Shown here piece after piece: positions 9,878 through 19,579 of a stretch of DNA of 32,000 bases. A model generated the notes under the pieces. That model ran no database searches and was not told the DNA's origin. It saw only the letters and a program-made list of their open reading frames with translations. This stretch comes from Gloeothece verrucosa PCC 7822. GTDB taxonomy: Bacteria > Cyanobacteriota > Cyanobacteriia > Cyanobacteriales > Microcystaceae. The number at the start of each line of letters is the position of its first letter. The stretch's first letter is position 1. The translations under genes and the position numbers were made by a program. Location: positions 2,322,300 to 2,354,299 of the forward strand of contig NC_014501.1 in assembly GCF_000147335.1 (NCBI RefSeq). The letters run 5' to 3'.

Positions 9878-10402
9878 TCAAGTTTCAATGATAGCCGCTT
9901 GTGGATCAACTTGAGCCAGTTGCGCTACAGTCATCTGTTCATAAATTTCAAAAGGTTGATGAATCCAGGGACTTGAAGAAAGATAGTGAGCCGCATAATC
10001 GGGTTGAAAGCTTGAACTCGCCTTATGCCAAATGACGGCAGTGCGAATTTCCTGGATTTGATAACGACTTTTAAGCCAATTGATTGTTTGAGAGAGTGTG
10101 ATTCCCGAATCAGCTAAATCATCAACTAATAGAATACGATTCCCTAACTTGGGAGTGGTCATGGAAAGATGCTCACTGAAAACTAATTTTCCTCTAACCT
10201 GATTGCTTGTACCGCCATAGGAAGAGGCACTAAGTATGGCTAAAGGTTGTCTAAACAGACGAGAAAGGATATCCCCTAAGCGTAATCCTCCTTTGGCTAA
10301 ACAGACAATCTGATTAAATTCCCAACCGGATTGATAAATTGTAATAGCTAGGCTTTCAATATTTTTATGGTACTCTGACCAAGATACATACAAATCTGAC
10401 AT
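9878..10402 (-). CDS. phosphoribosyltransferase (purine PRTase-like)
   Basis: PRPP-binding motif RILLVDDLADSGITL. The ~170-aa size and the N-terminal ISW-E-...-LA pattern are typical of xanthine/hypoxanthine-guanine PRTases. Confidence 0.75.
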   Translation of the reverse strand: MSDLYVSWSEYHKNIESLAITIYQSGWEFNQIVCLAKGGLRLGDILSRLFRQPLAILSASSYGGTSNQVRGKLVFSEHLSMTTPKLGNRILLVDDLADSGITLSQTINWLKSRYQIQEIRTAVIWHKASSSFQPDYAAHYLSSSPWIHQPFEIYEQMTVAQLAQVDPQAAIIET

Positions 10403-10425
10403 AAACCCTTAAGAACCAATAACTA

Positions 10426-12093
10426 ATGACCAATAACCCTAACATCCATGTTATAAAACCTAAACCCGAAAAACTCAACTTCACCACAAAACTCGCTTTT
10501 GGTGCTGGAGATCTCGGTGCGGCTATCACAGCCAATATTTTAGCTTTTTACCTGCTGTTTTTCTTTACCGGTGTGGCCGGTTTACCTGCCGGGATGGCGG
10601 GAAGTGTATTAATGATCGGTAAAATTGCTGATGCGATTAATGATCCCATTGTGGGAGTGATGAGTGATCGCACTCGTTCGCGTTGGGGTCGCCGTCTTCC
10701 CTGGATTTTGTTGGGGGCTATTCCTTTTGGGCTACTCTATTTTTTACAGTGGCTTGTTCCTCACTTCAGTGACAGTCGAGCCGTCAATAACTGGTGTCTT
10801 TTTGTCTATTATGTTTTAATTGGCATTTTGTTTAATATTGCCTACACGGCGGTCAATCTTCCTTATACTGCCCTTACGCCCGAATTAACTCAAGATTACG
10901 ATGAACGAACTAGGCTCAATAGTTTTCGCTTTACCTTTTCTATTGGAGGTAGCATTCTTTCGTTAATTTTAGCCGGCTTAATTTTTGCGGCTTTTCCTGA
11001 ACCTCAAGATAACATTAAAAAATATCTAATCTTGGGATTACAGTGTAGTATTTTATCAGTTATACCGGCTTTTTGGTGCGCTTTAAGAATTCAAGAAAGG
11101 GGAGCAATCCCAATTTTAAATCAACCCCAAAAAAGACTATTAGGATATTTTTTAATTGGGTTAGGAGGGCTGAGTGGACTTTATGGCTTAGGTAATCTAA
11201 TCATTTTTAAATCCCCGCTTTATCTAAGTGCTTTTTCTCTGTTGTTAAGTTTATTAATTCTTTTATTTGGCGTGACCTTAATTTCGGCTACACCTGAGAC
11301 TCATTTAATTGATGAAGATGCGGTCAAAAAACGCTCTGATGAGGCGAATACCCCCACAATTTCTTATCAAGAGCAACTCCAAGTAGCTTTTAGTAACAAA
11401 CCTTTTTTATATGTGATCGGAATTTATCTATGTTCCTGGTTAGCCGTGCAATTAACTGCTTCGATTCTGATGTATTTTGTGGTTAGTTGGATGGGCTTAT
11501 CAGAGGCTATGTTTTCTCTGGTAGCGTTAGCGGTACAAGGAACGGCGTTAGTGATGCTCTTTTTTTGGCAGAAACTCAGTGATATATATGGTAAAAAAGC
11601 CGTTTATTTTATGGGGATGAGTGTTTGGATTATTGCTCAAATAGGCTTGTTTTTCCTGCAACCGGGTCAAGTGAATTTAATGTATGCTCTAGCCATTTTA
11701 GCCGGCTTCGGAGTCTCTGTGGCCTATCTTATTCCTTGGTCAATGATTCCAGATGTGATCGAATTGGATGAATTAAAGACAGGAAAACGCCGAGAAGGGG
11801 TCTTTTATGCCTTTATGGTTTTATTGCAAAAGTTTGGATTAGCATTAGGATTATTTTTAGTAGGAATAGCTTTACAAGCGGCAGGATTTCTGGAAAAAAT
11901 GCCCGATAAGCCTGTGCCTGTTCAACCCGAAAGTGCTTTATTCGCTATTCGGATTGCTATTAGTCCTTTACCCGCTTTGTTTTTAATTGTCGGCTTGGTT
12001 TTGGCTTATTTTTATCCTATTACTCGAGAAGTCCATGCTCAAATTCGTTTGCAACTAGAGGAAAAAATGAGAAGTCAACCAAAAACCGAATAA
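10426..12093 (+). CDS. MFS transporter, glycoside-pentoside-hexuronide (GPH):cation symporter family
   Basis: About 12 hydrophobic segments. GPH signature: KLAFGAGDLG...GKIADAINDPIVGVMSDRTRSRWGRRLPW. Confidence 0.85.
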   Translation: MTNNPNIHVIKPKPEKLNFTTKLAFGAGDLGAAITANILAFYLLFFFTGVAGLPAGMAGSVLMIGKIADAINDPIVGVMSDRTRSRWGRRLPWILLGAIPFGLLYFLQWLVPHFSDSRAVNNWCLFVYYVLIGILFNIAYTAVNLPYTALTPELTQDYDERTRLNSFRFTFSIGGSILSLILAGLIFAAFPEPQDNIKKYLILGLQCSILSVIPAFWCALRIQERGAIPILNQPQKRLLGYFLIGLGGLSGLYGLGNLIIFKSPLYLSAFSLLLSLLILLFGVTLISATPETHLIDEDAVKKRSDEANTPTISYQEQLQVAFSNKPFLYVIGIYLCSWLAVQLTASILMYFVVSWMGLSEAMFSLVALAVQGTALVMLFFWQKLSDIYGKKAVYFMGMSVWIIAQIGLFFLQPGQVNLMYALAILAGFGVSVAYLIPWSMIPDVIELDELKTGKRREGVFYAFMVLLQKFGLALGLFLVGIALQAAGFLEKMPDKPVPVQPESALFAIRIAISPLPALFLIVGLVLAYFYPITREVHAQIRLQLEEKMRSQPKTE

Positions 12094-12233
12094 ACTTTTG
12101 GCCTAATTGAGTTTAGGATTGCTATAGGCCTGAGTTCGATGTAAGGAATTGGCAGGTTTTGCCAAGGAGAGAAGAGAGAATGTTTAGCCTAAATTCCTTT
12201 ATTCTGACTCTTGCCTCCTGACTCCTGCCTTCT

Positions 12234-14258
12234 TTAAACTATAAAGTTAGCGGCACTTAAAGCAAGACCTGAATTCAATTGAGCGATTTGCTGTTCGGAA
12301 CCGGCAGCATTACCGTTGGAATCATACAAAAGTACCCCAGTCAAGTCATTATAGATTAATCGCTGGTCTGCTGTGGTAGCCTCTGAGCCGATCACGAACT
12401 GACTAGAGTCTAATGCCGCATTAGATAGAATTCGGTTAACCTCAAAGCCAGAACCTAACTTAAAAACATCGTTGATGACATTAAAGTCTGTAATGATATC
12501 AATGCCTTCTGAGGGGTTAACAAAGACAAAGGTATCATTACCGTAACCGCCAGTGAGGAGATCATTACCGTCACCGCCAGTGAGGGTATCATTACCGTAA
12601 TTGCCGCTAAGATTGTCATCGCCGTAATCCCCATTGAGGATGTCATTACCGTAACCGCCATTAAGGGTGTCATTGCCGTAACCCCCGTTAACGAGATCAT
12701 CGCCCACAATAACGTCATTAATCGTGGAGAAAGAAGCGGCTGAGATGACAAAGGCATCGGTAGTTCTTTCGGTGTTACGAACAGTGACGCGATTAAACGG
12801 TTGCCCATCAAAGTCCAAAGAAACCTGACTCAGGGAATTTGGACCGCCGGTGAGCATCCCCACCACAGTGCCGATTAAAGTATTACCATAGTAAGCATCT
12901 ATTTGATAGCCAGGGCCAGCTAAGGAAGTATTGTTGGAGTTCACACCTAGGGTGATAGTACCAGCAGTAGCCACAGTATTTTGGTTCATCAATTCCAGGG
13001 TCAAACCCACGTCTAATTGCTCAATGTAAGCCCCCCGTGAGCCATCCCCATCAATTCCGCGAGCATCAGAGACCCCCGTATCGTTAGCCACGTTAACCCC
13101 AAAACCGGCCTCGGATACCCCAGTCTGATCCACCGCCCGGTAGGCGACTTTGGCTCCTCCGGCCGGGGTAGCACCCGGCGTAGAGGCGGTGAGGATAAAA
13201 GTATTATCCACTGTAGCAACGCTAGTGCCTGCACCTACCACCGCCAGAGATGGACCCGCCGTAAATTCCAGTACCGTAACTGGGAGAGGTCCATCGCTAT
13301 CGCCGTAGAGTAAATCATTACCGTAACCGCCATTGAGGGTATCATCCCCGTAACCCCCATAGAGAGTATCATCGCCATAACCGCCATTGAGGGTATCATT
13401 GTCGTAACCCCCCTCGAGAAAATCATTGCCGTAACTGCCGTCGAGCAGATCGTTGCCATAACCGCCGTCAAGAAGATCGTTGCCAATTACGGTTTTGTCG
13501 ATGATCGAAAAAGAACCGGCTGAGATGACAAAGGCATCAGTCGTTCTTTCGGTGTTACGAACAGAGACGCGATCAAATGGTTTCCCATCAAAGTCCAGAG
13601 AAACCTGACTCAGGGAATTCGGACCGCCGGTGAGCATTCCCACCACAGTGCCGATTAAAGTATTACCATAGTAAGCATCTATTTGATAGCCAGGGCCAGC
13701 TAAGGAAGTATTGTTGGAGTTCACACCCAGGGTAATGGTACCGGCAATAGCCGCAGTATTTTGGTTCATCAATTCCAGGGTCAAACCCACGTCTAACTGC
13801 TCAATGTAAGCCCCCCGTGAGCCATCCCCATCAATTCCACGAGCATCAGAGACCCCCGTATCGTTAGCCACGTTAACCCCAAAACCGGCTTCGGATACCC
13901 CAGTCTGATCCACCGCCCGGTAGGCCACTTTGGCTCCTCCGGCCGGGGTAGCACCTGGAGTAGAGGCAGTGAGGATAAAAGTATTATCCACTGTAGCAAC
14001 GCTAGTGCCTGCACCTACTACCGTCAGAGACGGACCCGCCGTAAATTCGAGCCGGGGAGCCGCACCAACGCTATCGATATCGCCGTAGAGTACGTCGTTG
14101 CCTGCACCACCGCTTAGGGTATCGCTACCGCCTTTGCCAACAAGGATGTCATTTCCTGCTCCACCGCTAAGCACGTCATTACCGCTAGTTGGTTCGCTAT
14201 TAACACTGACAATCCCATTGGGATCATTAGAATTAGATGTATTAACTGTATCTGTCAT
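12234..14258 (-). CDS. RTX-type calcium-binding repeat protein with an internally duplicated 260-aa module (probable T1SS substrate)
   Basis: Many GGxGxDxLx nonapeptides ([47 protein letters not shown]). No N-terminal signal peptide. The C-terminal tail [18 protein letters not shown]...[17 protein letters not shown]...IAQL is typical of cyanobacterial hemolysin-type Ca-binding proteins. Confidence 0.85.
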   Translation of the reverse strand: MTDTVNTSNSNDPNGIVSVNSEPTSGNDVLSGGAGNDILVGKGGSDTLSGGAGNDVLYGDIDSVGAAPRLEFTAGPSLTVVGAGTSVATVDNTFILTASTPGATPAGGAKVAYRAVDQTGVSEAGFGVNVANDTGVSDARGIDGDGSRGAYIEQLDVGLTLELMNQNTAAIAGTITLGVNSNNTSLAGPGYQIDAYYGNTLIGTVVGMLTGGPNSLSQVSLDFDGKPFDRVSVRNTERTTDAFVISAGSFSIIDKTVIGNDLLDGGYGNDLLDGSYGNDFLEGGYDNDTLNGGYGDDTLYGGYGDDTLNGGYGNDLLYGDSDGPLPVTVLEFTAGPSLAVVGAGTSVATVDNTFILTASTPGATPAGGAKVAYRAVDQTGVSEAGFGVNVANDTGVSDARGIDGDGSRGAYIEQLDVGLTLELMNQNTVATAGTITLGVNSNNTSLAGPGYQIDAYYGNTLIGTVVGMLTGGPNSLSQVSLDFDGQPFNRVTVRNTERTTDAFVISAASFSTINDVIVGDDLVNGGYGNDTLNGGYGNDILNGDYGDDNLSGNYGNDTLTGGDGNDLLTGGYGNDTFVFVNPSEGIDIITDFNVINDVFKLGSGFEVNRILSNAALDSSQFVIGSEATTADQRLIYNDLTGVLLYDSNGNAAGSEQQIAQLNSGLALSAANFIV
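12739..13270. repeat. copy A of a 780-bp-period direct repeat inside the RTX gene
   Basis: Aligns base for base with 13519-14050 at an offset of exactly 780 bp (for example gtctaattgctcaatgtaagccccccgtgagccatcccc at 13011 against 13791). By eye there are roughly two dozen mismatches over ~530 bp. Confidence 0.9.
13519..14050. repeat. copy B of the 780-bp-period direct repeat inside the RTX gene
   Basis: See copy A. The flanking GGYGND repeat blocks are also duplicated but are more diverged. Confidence 0.9.
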
Positions 14259-15135
14259 CAGTAATTTCCTCGATTTTATAATTTTTAACTGTAATTAACT
14301 AGATTAATGACATATCTTCCCTAAATTCGCTGATCCTTTCCGTCACCACATCCCATTTCAGCGTGATTACCTACTTGGTAAATTCAGCGATTTAATATGA
14401 ATAAGTCTATAAACAGAGAATTTTGTTAGTTTAGCTATTAGGTAATAAGTTATTCCCCTAAGCAGAATCCTTTGTTTTGAGTTTGCTTGCTTATTTTTGC
14501 TATAGTTTTAGCCTAATTATTTTCTGAACAAGATTATATTTATTTCCTCTATTTAATTAATTTCCTCTACTTTATCATAAAAATTTAGCGGATTTTACTG
14601 AAAATAAACCCTATAAGAAAAAAAAAATTTAAAGATTTAGTTAATCTTACCTAAGTAAGTTGCTCTAGGGGTTTTTCTTTGATATAATAATAGTTTTTCT
14701 GAAAAGAAAAAAGATAAAAATTGCTATTTATTTTATATTTTTTATTTTATACACTATATTATGTACTTAAGTAAATCCCGATTTTTAAATTTAATTTAAA
14801 GAAAAAATTCCTAATGACTTTAAACTCTATATAAGTTTTTGAAATAAGTGGGGATAGCGGCAAGGAAGCCGTGATAATAAATAAAAGTAATGTTAACTAT
14901 GGGACTAGACAATCAAAGTATGTTTTCAGGAATGTTACATTTCTTAACCCGCGTCGACTTTATTGATTTATGTCTAGGTACTGAATGTGCCAACTAAAAA
15001 CCTTGTCAAGAGTTCCTTCTCAAGGTAGAAGCAAGAGAGTTTTTTAAAGATTAGATTATAAATAGTTCAAGTAAAAATCATTCTAAAAAACAGGATTTTT
15101 ACGGTAATTTACTTTAAAAAAAGGATTGAAAAACT

Positions 15136-15318
15136 ATGAGTATTCAAGAAAGAGCAGAAGCAGCCGGAAAAAATTTAGAAGGTAAAGCTCAAGAAGCTGT
15201 AGGTCATGTAACCGGCGACCCCAAAGATAAAGCCGAAGGCAAAGCTAAACAAGGCGAAGCGCAAACCCGTCAAGCGGTTGAAGATGTCAAGGACGAAGCG
15301 AAGAAACTAATCGACTAA
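15136..15318 (+). CDS. CsbD family general stress protein
   Basis: The 60-aa sequence MSIQERAEAAGKNLEGKAQEAVGHVTGDPKDKAEGKAKQGEAQTRQAVEDVKDEAKKLID shows the characteristic CsbD G-K-x-K-E-x-x-G / GD-x-x-x-x-EGK pattern. Confidence 0.85.
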   Translation: MSIQERAEAAGKNLEGKAQEAVGHVTGDPKDKAEGKAKQGEAQTRQAVEDVKDEAKKLID

Positions 15319-15356
15319 TCTTTCTCTGTTTTGGGTAAAACTTTTTTTAGATAGCC

Positions 15357-15400
15357 AGGGTATAAGCGCAATTTTTTAGCTCTTATACCCTATATTTTTT
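15357..15400 (+). terminator. rho-independent terminator of csbD
   Basis: Perfect 10-bp stem: agggtataag (15357-15366) pairs with cttataccct (15382-15391). The stem is followed by atatttttt. Confidence 0.6.
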
Positions 15401-15538
15401 AAGTTTGATTTGGCTTTTTTAGATTTTTTAAGCTGATAAAGCTCTACCTAAAGATAGTGTTAGAAAGAAAAAACCTCTTTTAATCTATTTATTATGAGAA
15501 TTCATTAAAACAATTAATAATAATTAAGGAGCAAGTAT

Positions 15539-15712
15539 ATGTTACTACGGTGGGCGATCGCTTTTCTCATTATTGCCTTAATCGCTGCGTTCTTTGGCTT
15601 TGGAGGTATTGCCGCCAGTGCGGCCGGAATTGCTAAAATACTCTTCTTTGTCTTCTTGATCATCTTTGCAATTACTCTGGTGGCCAGTCTTATGCAAGGA
15701 CGGAGCATTTAA
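15539..15712 (+). CDS. DUF1328 (UPF0391) small membrane protein, 57 aa; not in the ORF track
   Basis: My own translation: [57 protein letters not shown]. The sequence ML(R)W..IFL.IA.IA...[17 protein letters not shown] is the DUF1328 hallmark. AAGGAG (15526-15531) lies 7 nt upstream of the ATG. The listed minus-strand ORF 15514-15708 is its antisense shadow. Confidence 0.8.
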   Translation: MLLRWAIAFLIIALIAAFFGFGGIAASAAGIAKILFFVFLIIFAITLVASLMQGRSI

Positions 15713-15894
15713 TCAAATTCAAGAGACTGCTTGCAGAGGTGACAAACAGCTTACAAACAACACATTGCTCAAACTGAGCATTGGCAAAAGGTCTAATGTA
15801 GATGGTTTTCCAAAAAATTGCTTTTAAATACCAAAATTTACCCCTCTCGATTTTTAGGCTTGACTTTTAGAGAGAAAAGAGAGGGGATTTTAAT

Positions 15895-16329
15895 TTACTG
15901 ATAAAATCGCGGCTTAGGCGCAAACTTAGAAGTAGGAGAACGGCGAGTACGATGTTTTCTTCTAGTAGTCGGTTTATTAAAACCGTTATCAGTTCTCACA
16001 GTTCGTTTGGGACGGGGAACTTCGGCCTGGTTTTCGTAAATATCTAAATATAAGCTTTGACCTGCCGATGCGGCTGCCGTTTCCAAAACAGTGCGAATGG
16101 CCTGTAAGTTTCTTCCCCCACGACCATATACTCGACCTTTATCAGCACTTTCAAATGCTAAACGAATCCAAATTCGTCGACTTTGGTTGGCCTGTTCGCA
16201 ATCTACACTTAATGAATCTGGAGATTCCAAAAAGGGACTGATGAGAAATTCTACTAGCCCAGGATAATCCGGACTAGCATATTCTGCTTGAGAAGAATAA
16301 AAAGCTAACTTAGGCATTGACTTGTTCAA
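15895..16329 (-). CDS. KH-domain RNA-binding protein (YlqC/KhpA-like) with basic C-terminal tail
   Basis: [21 protein letters not shown]...[33 protein letters not shown] contains the KH GxxG-type loop (GRGGRN). The position immediately downstream of rpsP, overlapping it, is conserved in bacteria. Confidence 0.75.
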   Translation of the reverse strand: MNKSMPKLAFYSSQAEYASPDYPGLVEFLISPFLESPDSLSVDCEQANQSRRIWIRLAFESADKGRVYGRGGRNLQAIRTVLETAAASAGQSLYLDIYENQAEVPRPKRTVRTDNGFNKPTTRRKHRTRRSPTSKFAPKPRFYQ

Positions 16330-16558
16330 ACACTTTCGCTTTTCTTAAAATGCTGCGTACAGTCTCAGTCGGTTGCGCTCCATCTTGAAGACGCTTGACG
16401 ATGGCAGGAACATCTAAGCGAGTTTCATCAGTTCTAGGATTGTAAAATCCCAATTCTTCTAAAGGACGACCATCCCGACGACTGGTACTTGTAGTGGCTA
16501 CAATTCTATAGCTCACTTCTCTTTTTTTCCCATAACGCTTCAGACGTAATTTGATCAT
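16310..16558 (-). CDS. rpsP: 30S ribosomal protein S16
   Basis: [41 protein letters not shown] is the canonical bS16 N-terminus. Confidence 0.95.
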   Translation of the reverse strand: MIKLRLKRYGKKREVSYRIVATTSTSRRDGRPLEELGFYNPRTDETRLDVPAIVKRLQDGAQPTETVRSILRKAKVFEQVNA

Positions 16559-16694
16559 AGTAACCCAAAATACTGCAATTACCGATTATAGCGTATTAAT
16601 CAAACAATTTGACAAAACAATAATGATAAGACAAATGCTAATATACCTCAAGTATAAACAAAATCTGTTACCTAATTATTAGTAGAGTTATATC

Positions 16695-17318
16695 ATGCTA
16701 AAGATAACGGTTAGCTGTTTTAGTGTGTGGTGTGTCGCCTTAAGCTTGGGGACAGTGCCGTGGCCGGTTCAAGCTCAAAGCTTGGCTCAATCAACTCCAC
16801 AGATAACAGAAGAAACACCCAATGGTGAGCCAACACCAAATCCAGATGAATTGCGTCCCTTAGCCCAGTCCGATAGCCTTCTAAGTCTTGAAGGAGGGGA
16901 AAAATTAATGCAAGAAGCCAGCGAAGCGATCAACACTGAAAAGTATGATGTCGCCGCCGCTAAACTTAACCAAGCTCGCCGTGTGTTTAATCAACTATCG
17001 AATTATCATTTAAAACTTGCTACTATTTTTTCAGGGATTGATAGAACCGTCGTGGAAGCGCAAAGGAGTAACGCGCTAAAAAGTGGACAACTGCGGGATC
17101 AGGCGACTTATCAACTAGCTTTAGTCCATCGCGCGCAAAACAAGCCTGAATTGGCTGTTCCTTTGCTCATTCAAGTCATAGAATCCCAAAACCCAACCAG
17201 TGAAATGGGGCAGAAATGCTATCAACAACTTTACGAGTTAGGATTTGTCAATGCCCCTCTTAATGGTGAAAAACCCGCCGCCTCGAGTTCAGCACCGGCT
17301 CCTTCAGCCAAGAAATAA
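16695..17318 (+). CDS. secreted hypothetical protein (helical, TPR-like)
   Basis: Signal peptide: MLKITVSCFSVWCVALSLGTVPWPVQAQ. The rest is helical with a Pro/Ala/Ser-rich tail. No diagnostic motif. Confidence 0.55.
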   Translation: MLKITVSCFSVWCVALSLGTVPWPVQAQSLAQSTPQITEETPNGEPTPNPDELRPLAQSDSLLSLEGGEKLMQEASEAINTEKYDVAAAKLNQARRVFNQLSNYHLKLATIFSGIDRTVVEAQRSNALKSGQLRDQATYQLALVHRAQNKPELAVPLLIQVIESQNPTSEMGQKCYQQLYELGFVNAPLNGEKPAASSSAPAPSAKK

Positions 17319-17363
17319 GCGGCTTGGGTGTAATGTTTTTTTGATGTCGTTATAGGAGTTTAC

Positions 17364-17624
17364 ATGGTTAGCCTTAAACAGGTTGAAACAATGATTCAAG
17401 CCAAACTGCCTGATGCTCAAGTTTTTGTCAAAGATTTAACCGGCGGTGGAGATCATTTAGAAGCAACTGTTGTCTCCTCTGAGTTTGAAGGGAAAACAAA
17501 AGTCATACAGCATCAAATGGTTTATGGTGCTGTTGCTTCGGCTATGGCTGATGAGTCTATCCACGCCCTAGCTTTGAAAACCTATACCCCTGAAACTTGG
17601 CAACAAGCAGGACAACCGGTTTAA
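17364..17624 (+). CDS. BolA family protein
   Basis: 86 aa. The sequence [42 protein letters not shown]...[14 protein letters not shown] shows the BolA fold signature (F.G...V.RHr.V...L...IHAL.lkT). Confidence 0.85.
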   Translation: MVSLKQVETMIQAKLPDAQVFVKDLTGGGDHLEATVVSSEFEGKTKVIQHQMVYGAVASAMADESIHALALKTYTPETWQQAGQPV

Positions 17625-17647
17625 TCCCCCAGTCACAGACTGTGTTG

Positions 17648-17675
17648 TAGGGGCAGCACGTTATTACTGCCCCTA
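17648..17675 (+). terminator. hairpin downstream of bolA-like gene
   Basis: Perfect 9-bp stem: taggggcag (17648-17656) pairs with ctgccccta (17667-17675), with a 10-nt loop. A T-run (attaattttttttct) begins ~15 nt later. Confidence 0.4.
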
Positions 17676-17751
17676 GTATAAATATGATTAATTTTTTTCT
17701 CCCCCTCTTTGAGAGAGGTAATTTCTCCACTCCCGCAAGGTCTTAGGTGAT

Positions 17752-18747
17752 ATGCTTCAGTTTCAAATCCAGTCAGACAGCGAAATTCCCGCCTCTAAAC
17801 AACTGTTTGACCAAATTCGCTTTGCCATCGCCTCTCGCCAATATCCGCCTGGACATCGCTTACCCAGTACCCGACAATTAGCGATGATTACGGGTTTACA
17901 TCGCAACACCATCAGTAAAGTTTATCAGCAATTAGAAGAAGATGGTTTAGTAGAATCGTTGGCCGGTTCGGGTATTTATGTTAAAGTTCAAGGCCATGAA
18001 GGCGGTTTCTCCTCTCAGTCTCCTATCCTTCAACAATATCCCCAAGCTAGTCAGTTAATACGCAAAAGTCTAGATGATTTACTCTCACAGGGGTTAACCC
18101 TTTCCCAAGTGCGAGAATTATTTTTGAGTGAAATTGATTGGCGTTTACGCTGTGGGGCGCAAGTTTGGATAACGGTACCTACGGCAGATTTAGGGGCCGG
18201 AAAACTAATGCTCAAAGAACTCGAACAATCTTTAGCCGTTCCGGTTCAATTAGTGCCGCTAGAAGAGTTAACCCAAGTTCTAGCACAGACGAAATCAGGA
18301 ACAGTGGTCACTAGCCGCTATTTTATCGGACCAGCCGAGGCCATTGCTACGCCTTATGGAATTCGAGTCATTCCCATTGATATTTATGACTACAGCAAGG
18401 AATTAGAATTTGTTAAAAAACTGCCTACTGATAGTCGTCTAGGGATAGTCAGTCTCAGTGACGGGATTTTAAGAGTGGCTGAAATCTTAATTCATAGTTT
18501 ACGGGGAGAAGACTTATTAGTGATGAGCGCCCAAGTCAGTGAAACTGAAAAACTCATGTCGATCGTGCGTACCAGCCAAACCATTATCAGCGATCAAGAT
18601 AGTTATCCCATTGTCCAAAGGGCCATCGAGTCAGTCAGAGATGACCTGATTCGGCTACCGGAAATTATTTGTAGTAAAAATTATATTGGAGAAAAATCCA
18701 TAAATTTACTCCGTCGGGAACTTGGCTTAGGGACAGAAGAGACTTAA
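17752..18747 (+). CDS. GntR-family transcriptional regulator, cyanobacterial PlmA-like
   Basis: N-terminal GntR winged helix: PASKQLFDQIRFAIASRQYPPGHRLPSTRQLAMITGLHRNTISKVYQQLEEDGLVESLAGSGIYV. The ~250-aa C-terminal domain and ~330-aa size fit the PlmA subfamily. Confidence 0.7.
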   Translation: MLQFQIQSDSEIPASKQLFDQIRFAIASRQYPPGHRLPSTRQLAMITGLHRNTISKVYQQLEEDGLVESLAGSGIYVKVQGHEGGFSSQSPILQQYPQASQLIRKSLDDLLSQGLTLSQVRELFLSEIDWRLRCGAQVWITVPTADLGAGKLMLKELEQSLAVPVQLVPLEELTQVLAQTKSGTVVTSRYFIGPAEAIATPYGIRVIPIDIYDYSKELEFVKKLPTDSRLGIVSLSDGILRVAEILIHSLRGEDLLVMSAQVSETEKLMSIVRTSQTIISDQDSYPIVQRAIESVRDDLIRLPEIICSKNYIGEKSINLLRRELGLGTEET

Positions 18748-18827
18748 ACTATAGTGAGTCTGTAATGGGTAATACAAAAGCTCATTGACTAACCGAGAAA
18801 TACAAGAGTAATTGTATTAATTTAACG

Positions 18828-19562
18828 ATGACTATCAATCGCCGAAATTTCCTTTATCTTTTGGGTGCCGGTGCAGGAGCGACCGCTTTAGGAATGTTTC
18901 CAGGTCAGACGATCGCTCAAACTATGGCTCAAACAAGCGGCTCAGATGAACCGTTTACCTTACCCCCTCTGCCTTATGCTTATAATGCGCTGGAGCCTTA
19001 TATTGATCAAGAAACCATGCGCTTTCACCACGACAAACACCATGCCGCCTACACCAAAAATCTGAATGGGGCAGTGAATAAATATCCACAATTAAAGGGA
19101 AAAAGTGCCGAAGATTTAATCAAAAATATTAATAGTTTACCCCAAGACATTCAAACTACCGTGCGAAATAATGGCGGTGGCTACGTCAATCATGATATGT
19201 TTTGGAAAATTATGAGTCCTAATGCCGGGGGCAAACCCAAAGGAGAAATTGCCAAAGCAATTAATCAGGATTTTGGCAGTTTTGAAGCTTTTCAAGCTGC
19301 TTTTAATAAGGCTGGTGAATCCCGATTTGGCAGTGGTTGGGCTTGGTTGATTTTAGATAAAAATGGTAAGCTTAAAGTGAGCAGTACCGCTAATCAAGAT
19401 AGCCCTTTAATGGAGGGCATTTATCCCATTATGGGGAATGATGTTTGGGAACACGCCTATTATCTTAAATATAAAAATAATCGAGGTCAATATTTACAAC
19501 AATGGTGGAATGTGGTGAACTGGGATGAAGTGAATAAGCGTTTTCAGCAAGCAAAAAGTTAG
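18828..19562 (+). CDS. sodA: Mn-type superoxide dismutase with twin-arginine (Tat) signal peptide
   Basis: Fe/Mn-SOD motifs: [13 protein letters not shown]...[35 protein letters not shown]. Gln in TANQDSP points to the Mn type. The N-terminus [20 protein letters not shown] matches the Tat consensus (S/T)RRxFL. Confidence 0.9.
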   Translation: MTINRRNFLYLLGAGAGATALGMFPGQTIAQTMAQTSGSDEPFTLPPLPYAYNALEPYIDQETMRFHHDKHHAAYTKNLNGAVNKYPQLKGKSAEDLIKNINSLPQDIQTTVRNNGGGYVNHDMFWKIMSPNAGGKPKGEIAKAINQDFGSFEAFQAAFNKAGESRFGSGWAWLILDKNGKLKVSSTANQDSPLMEGIYPIMGNDVWEHAYYLKYKNNRGQYLQQWWNVVNWDEVNKRFQQAKS

Positions 19563-19579
19563 TTAATTATTATTAATGA

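Noticed and set aside
12455-14298. Listed ORFs 12455-12811, 13013-13234, 13235-13486 and 13793-14014 (alternative frames, minus strand) and 14098-14298 (+ strand)
   Set aside because: All lie inside the RTX gene. They are low-complexity (MA/VT/M-rich) products of reading the GGxGxD repeat DNA out of frame, and they are duplicated simply because the DNA is duplicated.
14899-14997. 32-aa ORF (MGLDNQSMFSGMLHFLTRVDFIDLCLGTECAN) in the AT-rich spacer
   Set aside because: It has no RBS and no motif, and a single small ORF in AT-rich DNA is expected by chance.
15514-15708. Listed 64-aa minus-strand ORF ([12 protein letters not shown]...)
   Set aside because: It is exactly antisense to a + strand ORF that has a strong RBS and a textbook DUF1328 sequence. 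Its own sequence has no motif and is a mirror-frame artefact of the hydrophobic gene.
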